Shown here piece by piece: positions 34,950 to 49,067 of a stretch of DNA of 64,000 nucleotides. This DNA comes from Takakia lepidozioides (taxonomy: Eukaryota; Plantae; Bryophyta). The notes under the pieces were generated by a model. The model was not told the origin of the DNA. It saw nothing but the letters and a program-made list of their open reading frames with translations, and searched no databases. Position numbers and translations under genes: made by a program. Each line of letters begins with the position of its first letter. Position 1 is the first letter of the stretch. The stretch is taken from NCBI GenBank assembly GCA_030704615.1, contig CM060731.1:26474001-26538000 (forward strand), in the 5' to 3' direction.

Positions 34950-37199
34950 ACTAGCTTCCACAGAAACCCACAAATATTCGCGCCCTATCCTTTCTCCACA
35001 CGTCTTTCCATATGCACTTCTAATCTGCCAGGAGCCCTGGAAGGTGACTCCACTTTGAGTTCCACTTGGCCATGAACAGGGACGTAGGCCTCATGAGGGA
35101 GTACCCAAGTTTCACCGTGTACCCAAAAAAAGGCGTATGTTTGGCTGACATCCAGTTCCACTCAGCTGAATTGAAGGTGCTGCAGAGGAGCCATGAGAAA
35201 CCAGCAGAACGAATTAAGATAGCGAGCTAGGTTAATCGGGGGTATCGGGTTGCATTCACCCGAAGTCCTGCAGAACACTCTGATCGCATCCAGTCCCGAT
35301 TCACGGATCGTGGATATAATTGGCTGGTGCAGGCCCCTTCCTGAGCCACTCTGAATTCTAACCCGTGCAAGGTTGAATTCTCCCGGGAGATAGCATAAAA
35401 AGCTATAGGTCTCTGTCCCGGAGCAATCTTCCCTAACCAGGCTGGCAGAGATCGTCTAGGAGCCGGGAACGCACAAATGGAAGACCACTGTTGCGGGATC
35501 GCATCTACGACCTGCTGCCAAGACGCTGCTCTTCTTGAAGTTAGAGAGGAGGTAGCAATGTCTTTAGGGAGGAACCAGCCCGATTCCCAAACGTGGGAAA
35601 AATGAGAAATACCTGCCCTTTCCCACGCAGCTCATCTCTCTGAGCAATGTATCAATTCAAAAGGTCAGAATCCGAGTTATAGTTACCAAACAGGGGCTGC
35701 CTTTGAACTTCTTTCAATCGTGGAGGGGACAGTCTGAAAGAGCGAGCCACGAATTCGGGTCTATGCTGCCCATATCGATTGTCAGGCCTTGGAGCCCAGC
35801 GGAGCGGCTCTAGACGATCTCGAGCCCTGAACTAACCAACGAAGGGATTGGGGCCATGTACCCTTGCTTAGAGAGGCATCCAGGATGTGATTGCGAACTA
35901 ACAAACTCCAGGGAGCAGCCAGATTAGTCATAACCCGCGGAACCCACTTGGCAAGGAGAGAGGCGATTTGAGCACCCGGATCTATAACACCTAATCCACC
36001 GTGTTTTTTTTTTGAGTTATCTGCGCCCAGCTCACAAGAGCTCTTCGTGAGAAGATGGTGTGGGCCCCCAAATGAAGTTTCTCGCCATTGCCTTGATCTG
36101 ATTGATGATAGGTGATCCCGGGGACCACACCGCTGCTGAAAACCAGGAGCCAGCCAGTAAAACTTGGTTCGTTACCAACGCTCTGCCTACAATGGAAAGT
36201 GCGAGGGAACTCCAGTAGGCCATTTTCTTCATAAGCTTGACAATCACCGCTTCGCATCTCTGCTGATCCGATAGTCCTAGACCCACCATATGACCCAACA
36301 GGTTGTGTGCCTGCCCCTCCTACAGCCATCGCAGCCCTAGCTCTTGACCCCACTGCGCGATATGGGAGCTTTGAGCAGTATTGGACAGTATAAGAGCGAT
36401 AGATTTAGACCAATTTATCATGAGTCCAGACGCCGAGCAGAACAAGTGCAGATTCTGGAGGGCGACTGTTATATTTCCAAGAACAGCACCGTATCGTCTG
36501 CGTAAAGCGAACTCTTAATACTCCAAGTGGAACGCGGGATTTTAAGCCCTTTTATCTCGTGCCGACAGTGGAACAAATGTCCCATGCAATCTGCTGCCAA
36601 AATGAAGCACAGAGCGATGCAAACGAAAAGCAGATGAAAGGACCCCATTCACCTGAACTTTACTGGAAGCGGAGAACAACAGGATTTTAACCCAGGCTAG
36701 AAAACTTCCAGAGAAACCCAGCTTTTCCAAGGCCCCTAAAAGGAACGTCCAGCTTATAACGCTTTCTCGAAGTCCAACATTAGAAGCGCTAAGGGTTGAT
36801 CATACTCATAGGCATGGTGCAGAGCCTCAATGGATAATAAGATGTTATCCAAGATCATTCTACCCTGCATAAAGCCCGTCTGCTCAGGTCTAACCAACTT
36901 TTGCAAGTAGGGCTGCAACAATAGAGCAAGAGCTTTAGCGATAAATTTGTAAGTAGAGTTGAGCAACGTAATCGGTCTATAATTTGAAAGGAGATCCCTA
37001 TCCCCCTTTTTGTAAATCATAGCAATGACCCCCTGCGAAATTTGAGATGGCATAATTCCTTTGTGGAGGATGTCATTGGTCATGAGTAAAAAATCATCCC
37101 CCACCACCTACCAGAGGATTTTAAAGAACTCCCCCGGGAGGCCATCCAGCCCAGGCAATCTTAGGGGAGCCATATCTTCCACCGTTCGAAGAAGCTCGA
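34950..37199 (-). mobile_element. 5'-truncated, decayed L1-clade LINE (ORF2)
   Basis: PGLDGLPGEFFK; IYKKGDRDLLSNYRPITLLNSTYKFIAKAL; PEQTGF; LDFEKA; LYADDT (~36495); LSIVGRALVTNQVL; RNFIWG; many stops and frameshifts. Confidence 0.9.
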
Positions 37200-37459
37200 C
37201 TAATGGTGTCTTGTTTACTGTTCTAGTTGCCGTTACTAGTTCTTCGTTATCTGGCAAGGCCTCCCTAATGGTGTCTTGTTTACTGTTCTAGTTGCAGTTA
37301 CTAGTTCTTCGTTATCGGGCACGTCTCCCTAATGGTGTCTTGTTTACTGTTCTAGTTGCAGTTACTAGTTCTTTGTTATCTGGCACGGCCTCCCTAATGG
37401 TGTCTTGTTTACTATTCTAGTTGCAGTTACTAGTTCTTCCTTATCTGGCACGGCCTCCC
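37200..37459. repeat. Tandem repeat 4 x ~65 bp
   Basis: ctaatggtgtcttgtttactgttctagttgcagttactagttcttcgttatctggcacggcctcc; units start at 37200, 37265, 37329 and 37394. Confidence 0.95.
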
Positions 37460-38033
37460 GTGTGAAATGCCTTAGGGAAGCCTTTGGCACCGAGGGTTTT
37501 AACTTTTTTCCCTCCAATAATTATAAATAAAGTTCGAGCAGGGGCTCAGTCCCCTTTCTCCAAAAATAAAAAAGAAAAAAAAGAAAGAAAGAGAAATGGT
37601 GGCCAGATGTTGCACGCAAAGGGGGGCTTCCAACCCATGAATCCCAAAGCAAATTTGGGCATTCCAAAAGAAAACTTTATATGGGTCTTAAGAAGCCTTA
37701 ATCTCCTTAAGAAGCCTAAGAAGCAAAGGTGCAATCATCCATATTGCAAGGAGACAACCCCTCCACAAAACTGACTTTGTACCATGCAAGCTTACCAACC
37801 CTATCCCAATTAGTGGTCGAATTGGCATAACTGGGGTTCAGTGCTGTCTAGGGCTTCGTGCTTCAGGGTATGTTGTCACGGGAATCATTGCTTACACAAT
37901 GTCTCTCTCTAGAGCTCTCTCTCATGGCCACAAGGGTATGGCAAACAACGTCTGATGAGTACATTCTCTCCCTCTCCTTTCCCAATGCAATTCTCAACAA
38001 GATCAATAAATTTTCTTCATAAGTATACGGGAA

Positions 38034-41000
38034 TCAGCACTTAAGAGCCTCAATAATCGAGTGGGTGGGATCTGGGAGTGGAACAAAGTTGATCTTTGAG
38101 AAACCAGCTGCAGCTACCAGTTGGCGCCACTGCTCCTCTGTTCTCTCCACGCCTTCAGTATGCGCAAGCATGACTAGTTCCATTGTCCGCGCTAAAGGGG
38201 CAAATGGGCTGTCATAATCTGCCTCTGGTGGTAAAACTGCATCGCAGATTATAACTTTTCCATTTTCTGGCAATGCCTTCTGGCAGTTACGCAAGATCTT
38301 GATACAGTTCTCGTCGTCCCAGTCGTGCATGATATGCTGCAGACAGGTTTCAACACAACCCACGACCCTTCAGGAGATATGAAAATTAGACACATCACCC
38401 TCTCTCTACGAAGCTCGTTGAGCTTTCCATGCACATGTTATGAAGTAGACATTTTATTTCTTCTCGAACGTCACTGGCAGTGCAACATTCAAGCAAGCAT
38501 GTCACATCTGTGTTATCTAGAGGACTACACTAGGAAATAAATTATACAGATTTTATACATTTAATTATCAAAACACTCAATATGCATCCTTGAAAACCCT
38601 GAACCTGTCCTGACCACCATGGCAATTTTTGGTCATATCCCACAATGCTAGAGGGTTGAGAACAACATGCCCAACAGGTTGTGCTGCGTTGTATTTTGAG
38701 GAGCCGTGGAACATCCAAGGGGACAACTCAATAAGTACAGCTCTGAGTTATTACCTCCAATCAATGTGGATCAATTTCTACTTCAGCTAGAGTAAACTTC
38801 CAAAGGGGAGATAAGGGCAAAGACAACTCCATCGTGAGATGGTAAGCAGCTGGCGTGTGGCTTTGCCATCTGTGTAATGGCGAATATTGAGCAATCATCT
38901 GGCCTGAAGGCTGACCAAAAGATCCGTCTTTGGCCTCCCATTGAATTTCTCTTTTTTCTTCTTTTCTTCCTCTCGCTCTCACACACGTGTACCACAATGT
39001 CCTTCTATCTCTTACAGAGTCCACATATGTACTTCCCCAGTTTATGTTTGCAGGTAATTCTAAATTCTGATGTAGTTAATGTAATTAAATTTGGCTCAGC
39101 CGGGTGCAGGTTTGCTAGCTGGGTTACCTTTTTGGAAGATGCTCTTCAATTTCATGCTGCCATAAATCCTTCTTTTTATTTTCTTTTCTGGGGAGGAAAG
39201 GGGTAAACGCCCCAGAACATACTGGAAAAACCGAAAACCTGAATGGCAAGCCAAGAAATGAGCTGCCCTGGCTCTTTGTCATGTGCATGGAGGAATATAT
39301 TGATTTGATTGAGACCGACTGGCTCTTTCTCGTATGCTGGCAACATTCATCTGTCATTCTAGCAAGACAAACTTTCAGCTTATATAGAAATAGCTCAGTT
39401 CAGATTTCTCAGACCTTCATGAAGATGGCATCACCACTTGGCACGCTCTCAAACATGCTTCCTTGGACGTGTTCCACACCTGAGAAAATACAGTCCATTT
39501 TCACAATCCCAACCACCACTAACTCTTTGCAAGCAATCATACTTTGCACTACCATTTTTCACTTCATGTGATGGCAGATTGTAGCGAAGGTCAATTTCAC
39601 CACCATTCATGAATGAAGATCAAAATGATAACGATGTTACGTAGCACAGCTCTTATTCCAACAATCGTAACGACCTTCATGTCAGTCTCAGTCCTCTGCC
39701 CATCGGATTTCAAAAAGCTAAGAAAGATCTTCACCAACTCTTTTTGCCAATGTGAACAGTGCTTTAGTCTACAACCTCACCCCTGATTGCACAAAATACT
39801 CGCCCCCAAAATATCACTTGGCACTCCATTCTGTTGATGAACAAGACCTTCCCAACTAGTGCAGAGACACAGGAGAAGAAGCCCTTACCAGGAATGCTGG
39901 GTGCCGTAGCCACAACATGGGGTAGATCAAAGTTGATGCCATGAATGTGAGGATTTGCAGCAACAATGATTCCAATGGTCATGCCAGATCCTCCACCAAC
40001 ATCAACAAGAGTCTTGACGTCCGTGAGCCCATGGTAATTTCTTGCAACCAGGTTTGCCACCATTGCAGAGAAGGATGTCATGCCATCATTAACAACCTTG
40101 TTGTATTCAGGGTTCTCACCTGCATACTCCCACATATTCTGCCACCAATAATTGCAACAAGGGGTTGTTAAAGAACATATATAACATGAAACACAGGGGC
40201 CCAGCATCAAAGCGAAAATTCTGCCATTTCCACTTTGTACTCAGTACTGGAAGTCAAAGCTCTGCTAAGGGAGTGGAATTGTGGGAAAGGACATTTGGAT
40301 ATCTCCTGATTGATTACTATAACACACTGTAAGTGCATTACTAGGCTGCATTCAGTAGCAATAGCCATTTGTACAAGATAGAGAAATGAAGGCATGGACA
40401 CCCACAAACAAACACAAACACAGATGTCGCTAGCCCTGATTTACTTTCTGCATTTGTGACTCAAAATAGCTCTCAGGTGCCTTGTATGGTGATTGAAACA
40501 TCAAGCTGCAGTGCACACAGGCATTCAGCTCATTTTTTTTTTCTTACTCCCCAGAAAGGGTCATGAATCATACAAATCTGAAGAAAAATATGAAGCCTGA
40601 TAAGCCTGATTCTGTCAAATACAAAAAATGAAACCTCAGGTTCCACTGCATAGTTTGAAGAAGAACTGGCTCACCTTTCCATCATGGGCTGCCTTGAATG
40701 GCTGTTTCCCATATAGAACAGACTCATGAAGGTGGTGCCAAGCTGCTTGGGAAGCTTCGTGCATTTGCATGATGACTCCTGGAGCTTCAGAGGTATCACT
40801 ATTCTTCCTTACAAGCAATTTTGATGCATTTGTCAGCCCATACAGAACTGACACCTTCCCAGAATCTGATGTAAGACGCGTCGCACTGAAAACACCATGT
40901 ACCACCAATGCTTCCATGATACTACGAAGGGATTTAGTGTTGACAGATTCACTTGGGAGCTGTGCAGCAATATCTTCAAGAGATAGGTTTGCCCCAGGGC

Positions 41001-41175
41001 CAGCTTTGGCTATGATGTCTGGAATGCCAAGCACTACTGCTGCCTTCAGTGTCATGGATGCCACGAAGCCCATTGTCAGCCCCATCACGATCTTCCAGCC
41101 TTCTTGAACATCTGCAAGAGGATCCGGAGTGCTCACCTCCATGCTCCTGTTGGTGGTTTTAGTTGATTCTGCCAT
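38034..41175 (-). CDS. Class II (COMT-type) O-methyltransferase, paralogue 2; exons 41175-40675, 40138-39889, 39479-39415, 38336-38034
   Basis: LVDVGGGSG, GINFDLPHV, GSMFESVPSGDAIFMK, HIMHDWDDENC, GVERTEEQW; same intron positions as paralogue 1. Confidence 0.95.
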
Positions 41176-42975
41176 TGAATGTTTCACTGAAAGCCAGGGA
41201 AACACTCATAAACATGGTCAGGATTGCAAGTCAAAATTGGAAAACAACCTCTGTCTGGCAGAGTCAACAATGCAAAGGAAATGCCACAGAAACATATCTA
41301 CCCTAGAACTCTGAAATCAATGAACATGTACTTGTGTTACAAATTTCAATTTTCAAGGCTGCTTAGGTACAAGATTGATCGTTTGTTCCCATATCCCATC
41401 CAGAATGTTGCACACATTTACTGCTAGCATTGGGTAACACAGCAGGTACGCGCAAAAGTTATACCCGCAGATTACTGTCAAGTCAGTAAGGACACTAAAC
41501 AGATGATCTGTTTATATCCTGCATAGGACAACAAGACGAATGCAAAGAAAGAAAGAAAGGAAGAAACTTTCATGCAGATAGCCAAGGATCTGTGGTCTTC
41601 GTAATCAAAACAAAGACTATCCGAAGTGCAACACTCCACACCATTAGCTCAGATCAAACCAAATTACGGCCATAGGGAACAGCGTGAAACCGAAGCCAAC
41701 CAATGATAAGGAATATGGCTGTTGATAGTCTGCAGGCACAGAGTCCGGGATGCATCCCCTACGTCAACCAATGGTTCGAACTCCAAAACGCAAACCAAGC
41801 AGTGTAGGGATCTAAGAATTGAAGGAACGAAAATTCAGACGTCATGAGAGCATGGTTTGCTGCTCCTATGTTTAGGTCTAGGATAAATTTTAGCTGACAA
41901 CAGACTGAATTACGTAAATCTTTGCAGACTGAGTGCACTCTACTGACAGATACTATTAAAACATTTCAATACTTGAGCCAGTATTCATTGCTCACCCTAG
42001 GGTCCACCTTTCACATGTTCCCATCCTCGATGACCCATATCTGTCAGTACTCCAAGGTAACATTCCCAGCTGAAAATGACACTAAAACCATGATGTTGTC
42101 AATTGAGAGTTTCATCAACTAGTTATCAACTATCCTTTTCCATCCCTCTCGATTAGTATCAACTCTCCAGAGGCAGAACTACAATCCAGAGACGTGGAAG
42201 AGGTGGAAATTGAGCATTGAATGTGATAGTATGCATACGAGACACCTCAAATGAACGGACCTGATGAAGGAACAAACTGCAGGTAAAGATGAGGTTGCTT
42301 TGCAAAGTTGGTGCTCCCCTCCCTGCAATCAACTGCAAACAAACACGTGTAACCACGTGCCCTCTCTATCTCTCTCTCCCTCTCTCTCTCTCTCAGTCAC
42401 ACACCCACACACATCTCGCTGGATTTTGTGAAAAAAATGATGTGTACGTTGGAAATCTCGTTGCTGTCTTTCCCGTTCTTTCTCTCAGCTCACACATGCT
42501 CTCCAGTGACCATTCCATAGTCGAACACTAGTGTGCAATAGTAAGCATGTTGATTTGACCGCGGGGGTGGTGGACTCGGGGCCCAAATCAACAGGTCAAC
42601 GCCGCCAAAACTGAAATTGGAAGACCCTCATCAACCTTTCTTTCTCACTGTGGAAGAACAAGGTAGACCCATCTTCCCTGCCGCTTGTACATGACTTCTG
42701 AAAGGTGAAGCCCTTTGGGTTGAATCCATGAAGCCGGCAGGAATGGAACATGATTTGCACTCGTCGGAACCATGGTCGCTGGGACCAAGCGGTCAATGAG
42801 TCGGCCTCCACGATGGTTGTCAGAGAATCTCCTCCTCAGACTATTTCCTGGCCAGCCCGATTCAGATTCTGATGTGGCTCTGCGTCTGCTCCACGATCGT
42901 AGTTGCTGGAATGCATCCCTACAGTGTAGGCGCTGCAAGGTGGGCGCGGTCAAACTTTCCCACGAGCCGTTTGAC

Positions 42976-43564
42976 TGTTAGGAAAATAAAGACACTTAAA
43001 CAAACTTTCCTTTAACTTAAACTTTCTGCTTCAAAGAGTCAAATACCTACCTTTATAATATTAGGAACATAGGGTTGACCCCTTATGTAGTACATAGGGG
43101 GCCTGGCAGGCCAGTTATTGTAATTTGAGATAAGTACATACTTTTAGTTACATTTTTTACTTGGCTCCTCCATTGTTTACTGTACCAGGCATAGGTGCTT
43201 TTCTACTCATGTGCTTTCCCCAGTTCTTACCTATCTGGTCAAATACCCACAAGTAATAGAGGACCCTGCCTTCGCGGAGCCCACTATTTACTAATTTAGT
43301 AGGTAGTAAGTTAGTAGGTAGTAAGAGGGGGTTACCTTATATAGCCTCTCAGGGCGGTGGGACCCTTCTAGAAGGCCCTTGACACATGTCAACCCTACAA
43401 GCCTCCCTATTCTAAATTTGGCCTTCTTTTTTTGGACCCCCTCATCTCATTCCTTAATACACATGGCCTTCCTACATAAGCGCCCCACTCTAATTCCTGG
43501 CCGCAGTAATTCCTGGAGGGCCCCAATGAAACTGCTCTACATATGAAGAGGACTCTTTCATACA
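42976..43564 (-). mobile_element. Possible solo LTR
   Basis: TGTTAGG...ATACA ends and a TATA-like ctatataa on the minus strand (~43340); putative TSD only 3/5 (ttgac/ttcaa). Confidence 0.35.
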
Positions 43565-44316
43565 TTCAAGGTAGATTTGAATCGATGAGCATTAAAATAC
43601 CGAGCTGTCCGTTCATAGTCATCATAGAGGAAATAATCTTGATATACTTGACGGTTGTCTTCATTGGGGCATGGTATGTCAAGCACCTCACAAGTTGAAG
43701 ATTCATATCTTTGCATACAAATGCATGGGACGCATACAGCTTAGTAGATTTAAGCATATATAACAAACAACTGAGCAATGGGTCTGGAGGGTGTTTTTCT
43801 GGCCTCGGTTGGATTAAACAAAAGGAATTATCATAAATATTTGACCCCTGTCTAAGGTTGAAAAGCTCATAGAACTTTTCAAACTCAAAATTTTGAAGTA
43901 AAAAGTTTACTTGATTGTTAATCATATTAGCAGATACTGGGCTTAAAAAAGCTTTAGTAAAAGATCTAGTAGAATCAAAGCAGTAAGCACTGAGACATTA
44001 CCACTGTGCATCAATGCACTCAAGATAGGATGCTGAAAAGATGCACAACAAATTGTAAACATTCACTTCAGAAGCATCACATGTATGTTTGCACTAGATA
44101 CTCTGAAGCTGACCCATCAGTGTCCTGAGACATTTGTTCTTGAGTTTTGACCTTGAATTCTTCGAAATAAAATAGTTGCCGTCACAGGTACTACAAATGG
44201 AGCACTGAGTCCTACTAACTTGTATTTGGCTTTATAGTATATGTGCAGATTTGGATGCCGGATTGAAACTGTTTAGAGAGCCCAATTCAACTGCATGAAA
44301 CCTCCATGTGCAAAAA

Positions 44317-46861
44317 TCAGAATGGACTATGACTACGGGGCTCCACGACTGGGGGAGCTTGCTTTGAATCTGTACTGGAAAACTGGCCCACCACACTTGA
44401 GTGGGGCAGATTTGCATCCCCTCTAGCCAAAGCCATCACATTCTCTAGCAAGTATTTCTTGGGAAGTCGCCCAACTATGTTACCTTCCTCATTCCCTTGT
44501 CTGTCAAGGAATGCAAAATGGGGTATGCCCTCCACCCCAAACTCATCCAGCTCCGGTTCCCATTTGGAATTGTCCACATTCAGCATCACAAAGTTGATGC
44601 GGTCCCTGCACCAATTTGAACTCAACCCATGATAATGATGTAGTTTAGGATACTGGGAACAACCGAAGAGAATGGATAGGCAATAAATAGCTGCGACAGA
44701 CATGTTCACCACTCATGCAGACTATTGCAAGATTGCAGGCCTATGTAATGACCAGGATTTTGGTCGCAATTGGAGTTCGCAAGATGCAACATGGTGAACT
44801 GAAGTCCAATCTTATGAAGGACCAAAAAGAAATCATCCCTACTTCACACTGGGCGAATTCTTGTTAAGGAGATCTGAAGGGGAGAGATGTGAACAAGTAA
44901 AATGCTTTGCCATAGCACATGCCTTGCAGCTACCCGTCCAGTCAGACAGGACATTCCTTGTTGGGTTACATGATCCTGGAGCTCCCACATAGCTCTCCCA
45001 TGCCAAGGATGTCCTATTGATGTGAGAGAAAAGAATGTACTCATGAGATGTTGGCGTAGCCTTGTGGCCATAGACCCTGTGCCCAGTTTGGGCAGATCGA
45101 TGCAAGGAAAAAGAGAATGTATTTATAAGACGTTTGCTGTAGCCTTGTGGCCCCTTTTCCAGTTTGGGAGGGAAAAGAATGTACTCATAAGACGTTGTTT
45201 GCCATAGCCTTCTGGCCACTGACCCCGCGCCCAGTTGAGCGGAACACAAAGGGACAAACTACCTTTGTCAAAGGCTGACGCTGGTAGTATGACTTACCTT
45301 GGAACAGACAATTGATCCAAGTGTTCCAGATATCCTCTAGAAATCCCTTTACACAAGCATCAAAAGAGGGAAAAGAGAGAATTAGAGAGATGTTAAGCTT
45401 GTCCATGCAAAACAACAGAGAGTAAAGGCTGGCTGACCTACCTGTATTCCTCTTCCACGCCATAGACATCATGGGCCATTTCACGACAGACCTCACACCA
45501 ATCAGCATAGAACTCCACTACTGTTGGTCGCCCGTTGGCCAATGCCTGATGCAAAACCCCAAATAAAACTTCAACCTAAAATCCTACCCTTAATGAGGCC
45601 CTAAAAACCTGTTCATTGATACTGCAACAACAGATACATGTACTCTCACCAGCCGTGATTTTCACCATGTCCGGACACCCTTCCCTTCTCTCAGGGAGAT
45701 TTTAGTCAGCAAGCTCACAATACAGGAGTTTAGCTGTACGGTTACGGTCACCATAGCTTCCCCACAACAAGCTTACCTTGGCAATTTGTGCCAGGGAAGT
45801 CCTAGGAACCACCAGCCCCCACCTAGATCTAGCTGATATTCTGGATTTGATGAAGTAAAATGTAACAATAGATTGTGATGAGAACAATTGGTTACCTCCT
45901 CATAAGCAATAGCATTGGCTGTAAGCTGCCTAAGACCAGGGCCTGCACTCTCCAACCGCCCTGATGCAAACAGGCCCACCGCCACCAGCATTGAAGCCAA
46001 AGCTATAGCCTGATTGGTTTGTTTCGTGGGTCCAATCATTTGAAATCCTTGTTTCGTTCCCGCTCCCCTGTTACTTGCCCCCTCCTTCGGTGACTCTGGT
46101 GCTTCTGACACCTCCCGGTCTGTCTCCCCCTGCAAGCCAAGCAACAGTTGGACAGATTAAAACTTGGTGGGAAAACCTAAGTACTCAGCTCTTACTCATT
46201 ACAAAGCACTCATTTCTTGCAGCAGTAATCCTGTGCAATTTGGGCACAAGTCATCCAGAAGCACAGGCGGAGATCATCTCTTGACACATTTGTGGCCAGT
46301 GGCAGCAGAACAGGGGTAAAAGACACATGGCAAAAAGAAAGACATTCCTAAACAAAGTTATTGTTGGCTGGTTCTAAATGCTCTAGCTATTTTGGATGAG
46401 ATTGACACAACGAGAGGAAAGCAGATGAGAAGGTCAGGGGGGTTGCGAAACAGAGATAAGGAAGGTTCAGAATGCAGGTGGATTTCTCAGAAAGTCACAA
46501 TGTGACAGGTATAGAGCTCAATCACCTGGTTGCAACATTGAGATGATGAACCTGGATCAGGCTCCTTATTTTCAGCATCAGGCATACACCTCCATTTTAA
46601 TGTCTCTTTCTCTACTCTTTCACAGATGTGTAGCCTTCCTCTTTGGACCAACGCAAGCCCTTGTGAGGAAGGGTGCCAGCCAATCAGATGTCTGGTGGCT
46701 CTTTCTCCTAACAAATTTGTACTTGCCGAGCGTTTCTGTGGCCTGATTGAAGGCACATATCTCAATCCTCCTTGGATACAGCCAAGTGGCGCTGTGGCCA
46801 ACATAGTGGGTGAACTGCATGTCATCCAAGCCCCAATTTCAACACAAGTTGTGGTCAACAT
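44317..46861 (-). CDS. HCF164: Thylakoid thioredoxin-like protein HCF164; exons 46861-46526, 46129-45896, 45545-45442, 44605-44317
   Basis: Transit peptide, transmembrane segment, [24 protein letters not shown] active site, [32 protein letters not shown]. Confidence 0.95.
45022..45228 (-). repeat. Three copies of a ~55-bp dispersed motif in HCF164 intron 3 (also at ~37924-37975 and ~49924-49978)
   Basis: Consensus ggtctatggccacaaggctatggcaaacaacgtcttatgagtacattct(t/c)tc. Confidence 0.8.
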
Positions 46862-48499
46862 TCCTCAAGTGCTAGCTAGAAACTCAGCAGTACCAGTAGA
46901 GCTACCATGAAGCCCCACTTTGGACCCAAATAACAAGAATGTTTCTCAGGACACACTTGTCCCGGACACTAACCAATGTTAATTTTATTCAGTGCCTTGC
47001 AGCAACCTTCCCTGGCAGTTCTCATGCCCAGAACCTGTTAGATGTTCAATCCTGACAACTGCGATACGGGAATGTCGAAAAATAGAGGTAACTTTCTGTT
47101 AAAGGCATCATTTGTGCTGAACGTCAGTCAGTGATTCAAATCCAGTGCCTTGCTACCTCCCAGGAGAATGGTTGTCCAACATTGACAATGTATCCAGCTG
47201 TGAAATTTTAATACCACCGCATCAATCTACACTCAACCACAACCAGAGGTAATCTCATTTTAGTGGTCATCTGTGCTGAAAAATAACCAGGACTTCAAAT
47301 TTAATATTCCCTGGCGAAATGGCTATCACAGCAACTGTTGCGCCCAGATTATTTCCTTGAGGTAACAGTGAATACTGTCTATTCGCTCTGGTCAGAGATC
47401 TAGTACTGTCATCCAATTCAGAAAATTACCTACTCCTCTTCACTATTCCTGCAGTGTTCAAGCATATTCAGCCTTGGCTTGGAACAGAATTGAACATCCC
47501 ACACAATTGGCAAATTCCATCACCTATATGATAGCACTATTCTATGATAGATAGGTATGTTTAGGTGCAGTTATTCTATCACATTCTACAACTGTTTCCA
47601 AATAATGTCCTCCAGGATTGCAACAGCTGCTTTTGCAACTAGTGAAAGCTTGCTGACCCAATGATCCGACACCAGTACGTAGCATATATGTTGACACCTT
47701 GTCCCTAATCAGATGACGCATTCAATCTGTCCACAATAGGCAGACTCTCAACCCCGTCCTTTCTTCATTTTAAAGCAGGTTACTCTTTCAGAACTTCAGT
47801 CATACTTGAGCAACGGCGCCCCCGCCTCCTGTAGGATCTCAAGCTTGCCTATGTAGAGTGCCCATTTGAAAATCAGGGCAGCATGAAAATCGCACTCGCT
47901 CACATATCCGTAGTTGCCTTCGCTGGAGAACAACCTTGAGTCCTATACCCAGGAAGGACACTCGAATTCATACTTGAAACGGGATTTTACAGAGAAGACC
48001 AAGAAGAAAATAAGACAGAACTGAGGATAAATGCTTGGCGAAAGGTACCCAACAATCCAGTAGACCCTACTTACGGAGGAGAATGAGGTCCAAAGCATAT
48101 GCAAAAAGCTGTAGCACAAGAGCTGCAGTCCGTCCACCTCCGTGGCCGTGTCAACTGAGCAAGCTACCCACCTTCAGCCACATATTTGGCCACTTACAAC
48201 GGTTAACTTTTCCACGTGCCTGTAAGGACTTGGTAAAACCATAGCTGGGAGCTGCAACAAGCAAGTTCTAGCACCCATTACACCCAAAACTATCCAGTAT
48301 GTCAATTGATCCAAGGCCAGTTGCTGTAGTCACAATTCTGGGAAATGAAACACAATGAAACACTGAAGAAAAAGAAGAAGGAGAGGATCGAGAACTGGCA
48401 TCTCACTGAACGAGAGGAAGCAGACGATGCTGAGAGAAGAACACAAAAACCATGGGAGAGAAGAACTACCCAACAGTCCAAATAACTACCTGAGGCGTG

Positions 48500-49067
48500 C
48501 GATGGCTCGACGTGAACCCACAATTGAGAAGAAGGCGAGCTTAGGCCCAATCTGCGCTCAAACTGCTCTACTTACGCTGGGCCACAGATGGTGGCTCACA
48601 GTCTGAGTGGGAGTGAGGTGTTCACCCATTGTACATGTTGTAAATAAAGTCTTACAGGGTTTCATCATTGTCACACTACCTACCTCCCATCAGGCGGTCC
48701 ACAGTTCAAATTTCCTTTCTTGCGATAACTTTGGCATTCATTGAGCAACTCAGTTCATACGTAACCTTCTCTCGATATCCAACCCTACCATCCCCAATGT
48801 TACAATGTTAGTCTTCGGATGCGTCACGGAAGGCGAGGTGTATTTGTTGAAGGACATCCGATGTGGAAACGATTTGGGCGATTTGTTTCCACCGACAGAA
48901 GAAGTCCCTCTTATGCGGAATTCTCTGGCTTGGGTTTTTGTGCGAGGATTTTCTGCATGATCGACGCTACGGTGGAATGAAATTCACGGAAGCTGGAATC
49001 AATGTTGCGTCTCATCAGTGTCATTGGAAGAGTCCGAAGCTTTTTAGCTTGATTCTCAGCCAACATC
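48500..49067. promoter_or_regulatory. Probable divergent promoter region for HCF164 and NADK3
   Basis: Genes are head-to-head. Site II-like motifs (aggccca 48543, tgggcc 48579). A minus-strand gtaagt donor at 48575 suggests an HCF164 5'UTR exon here. Confidence 0.4.
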
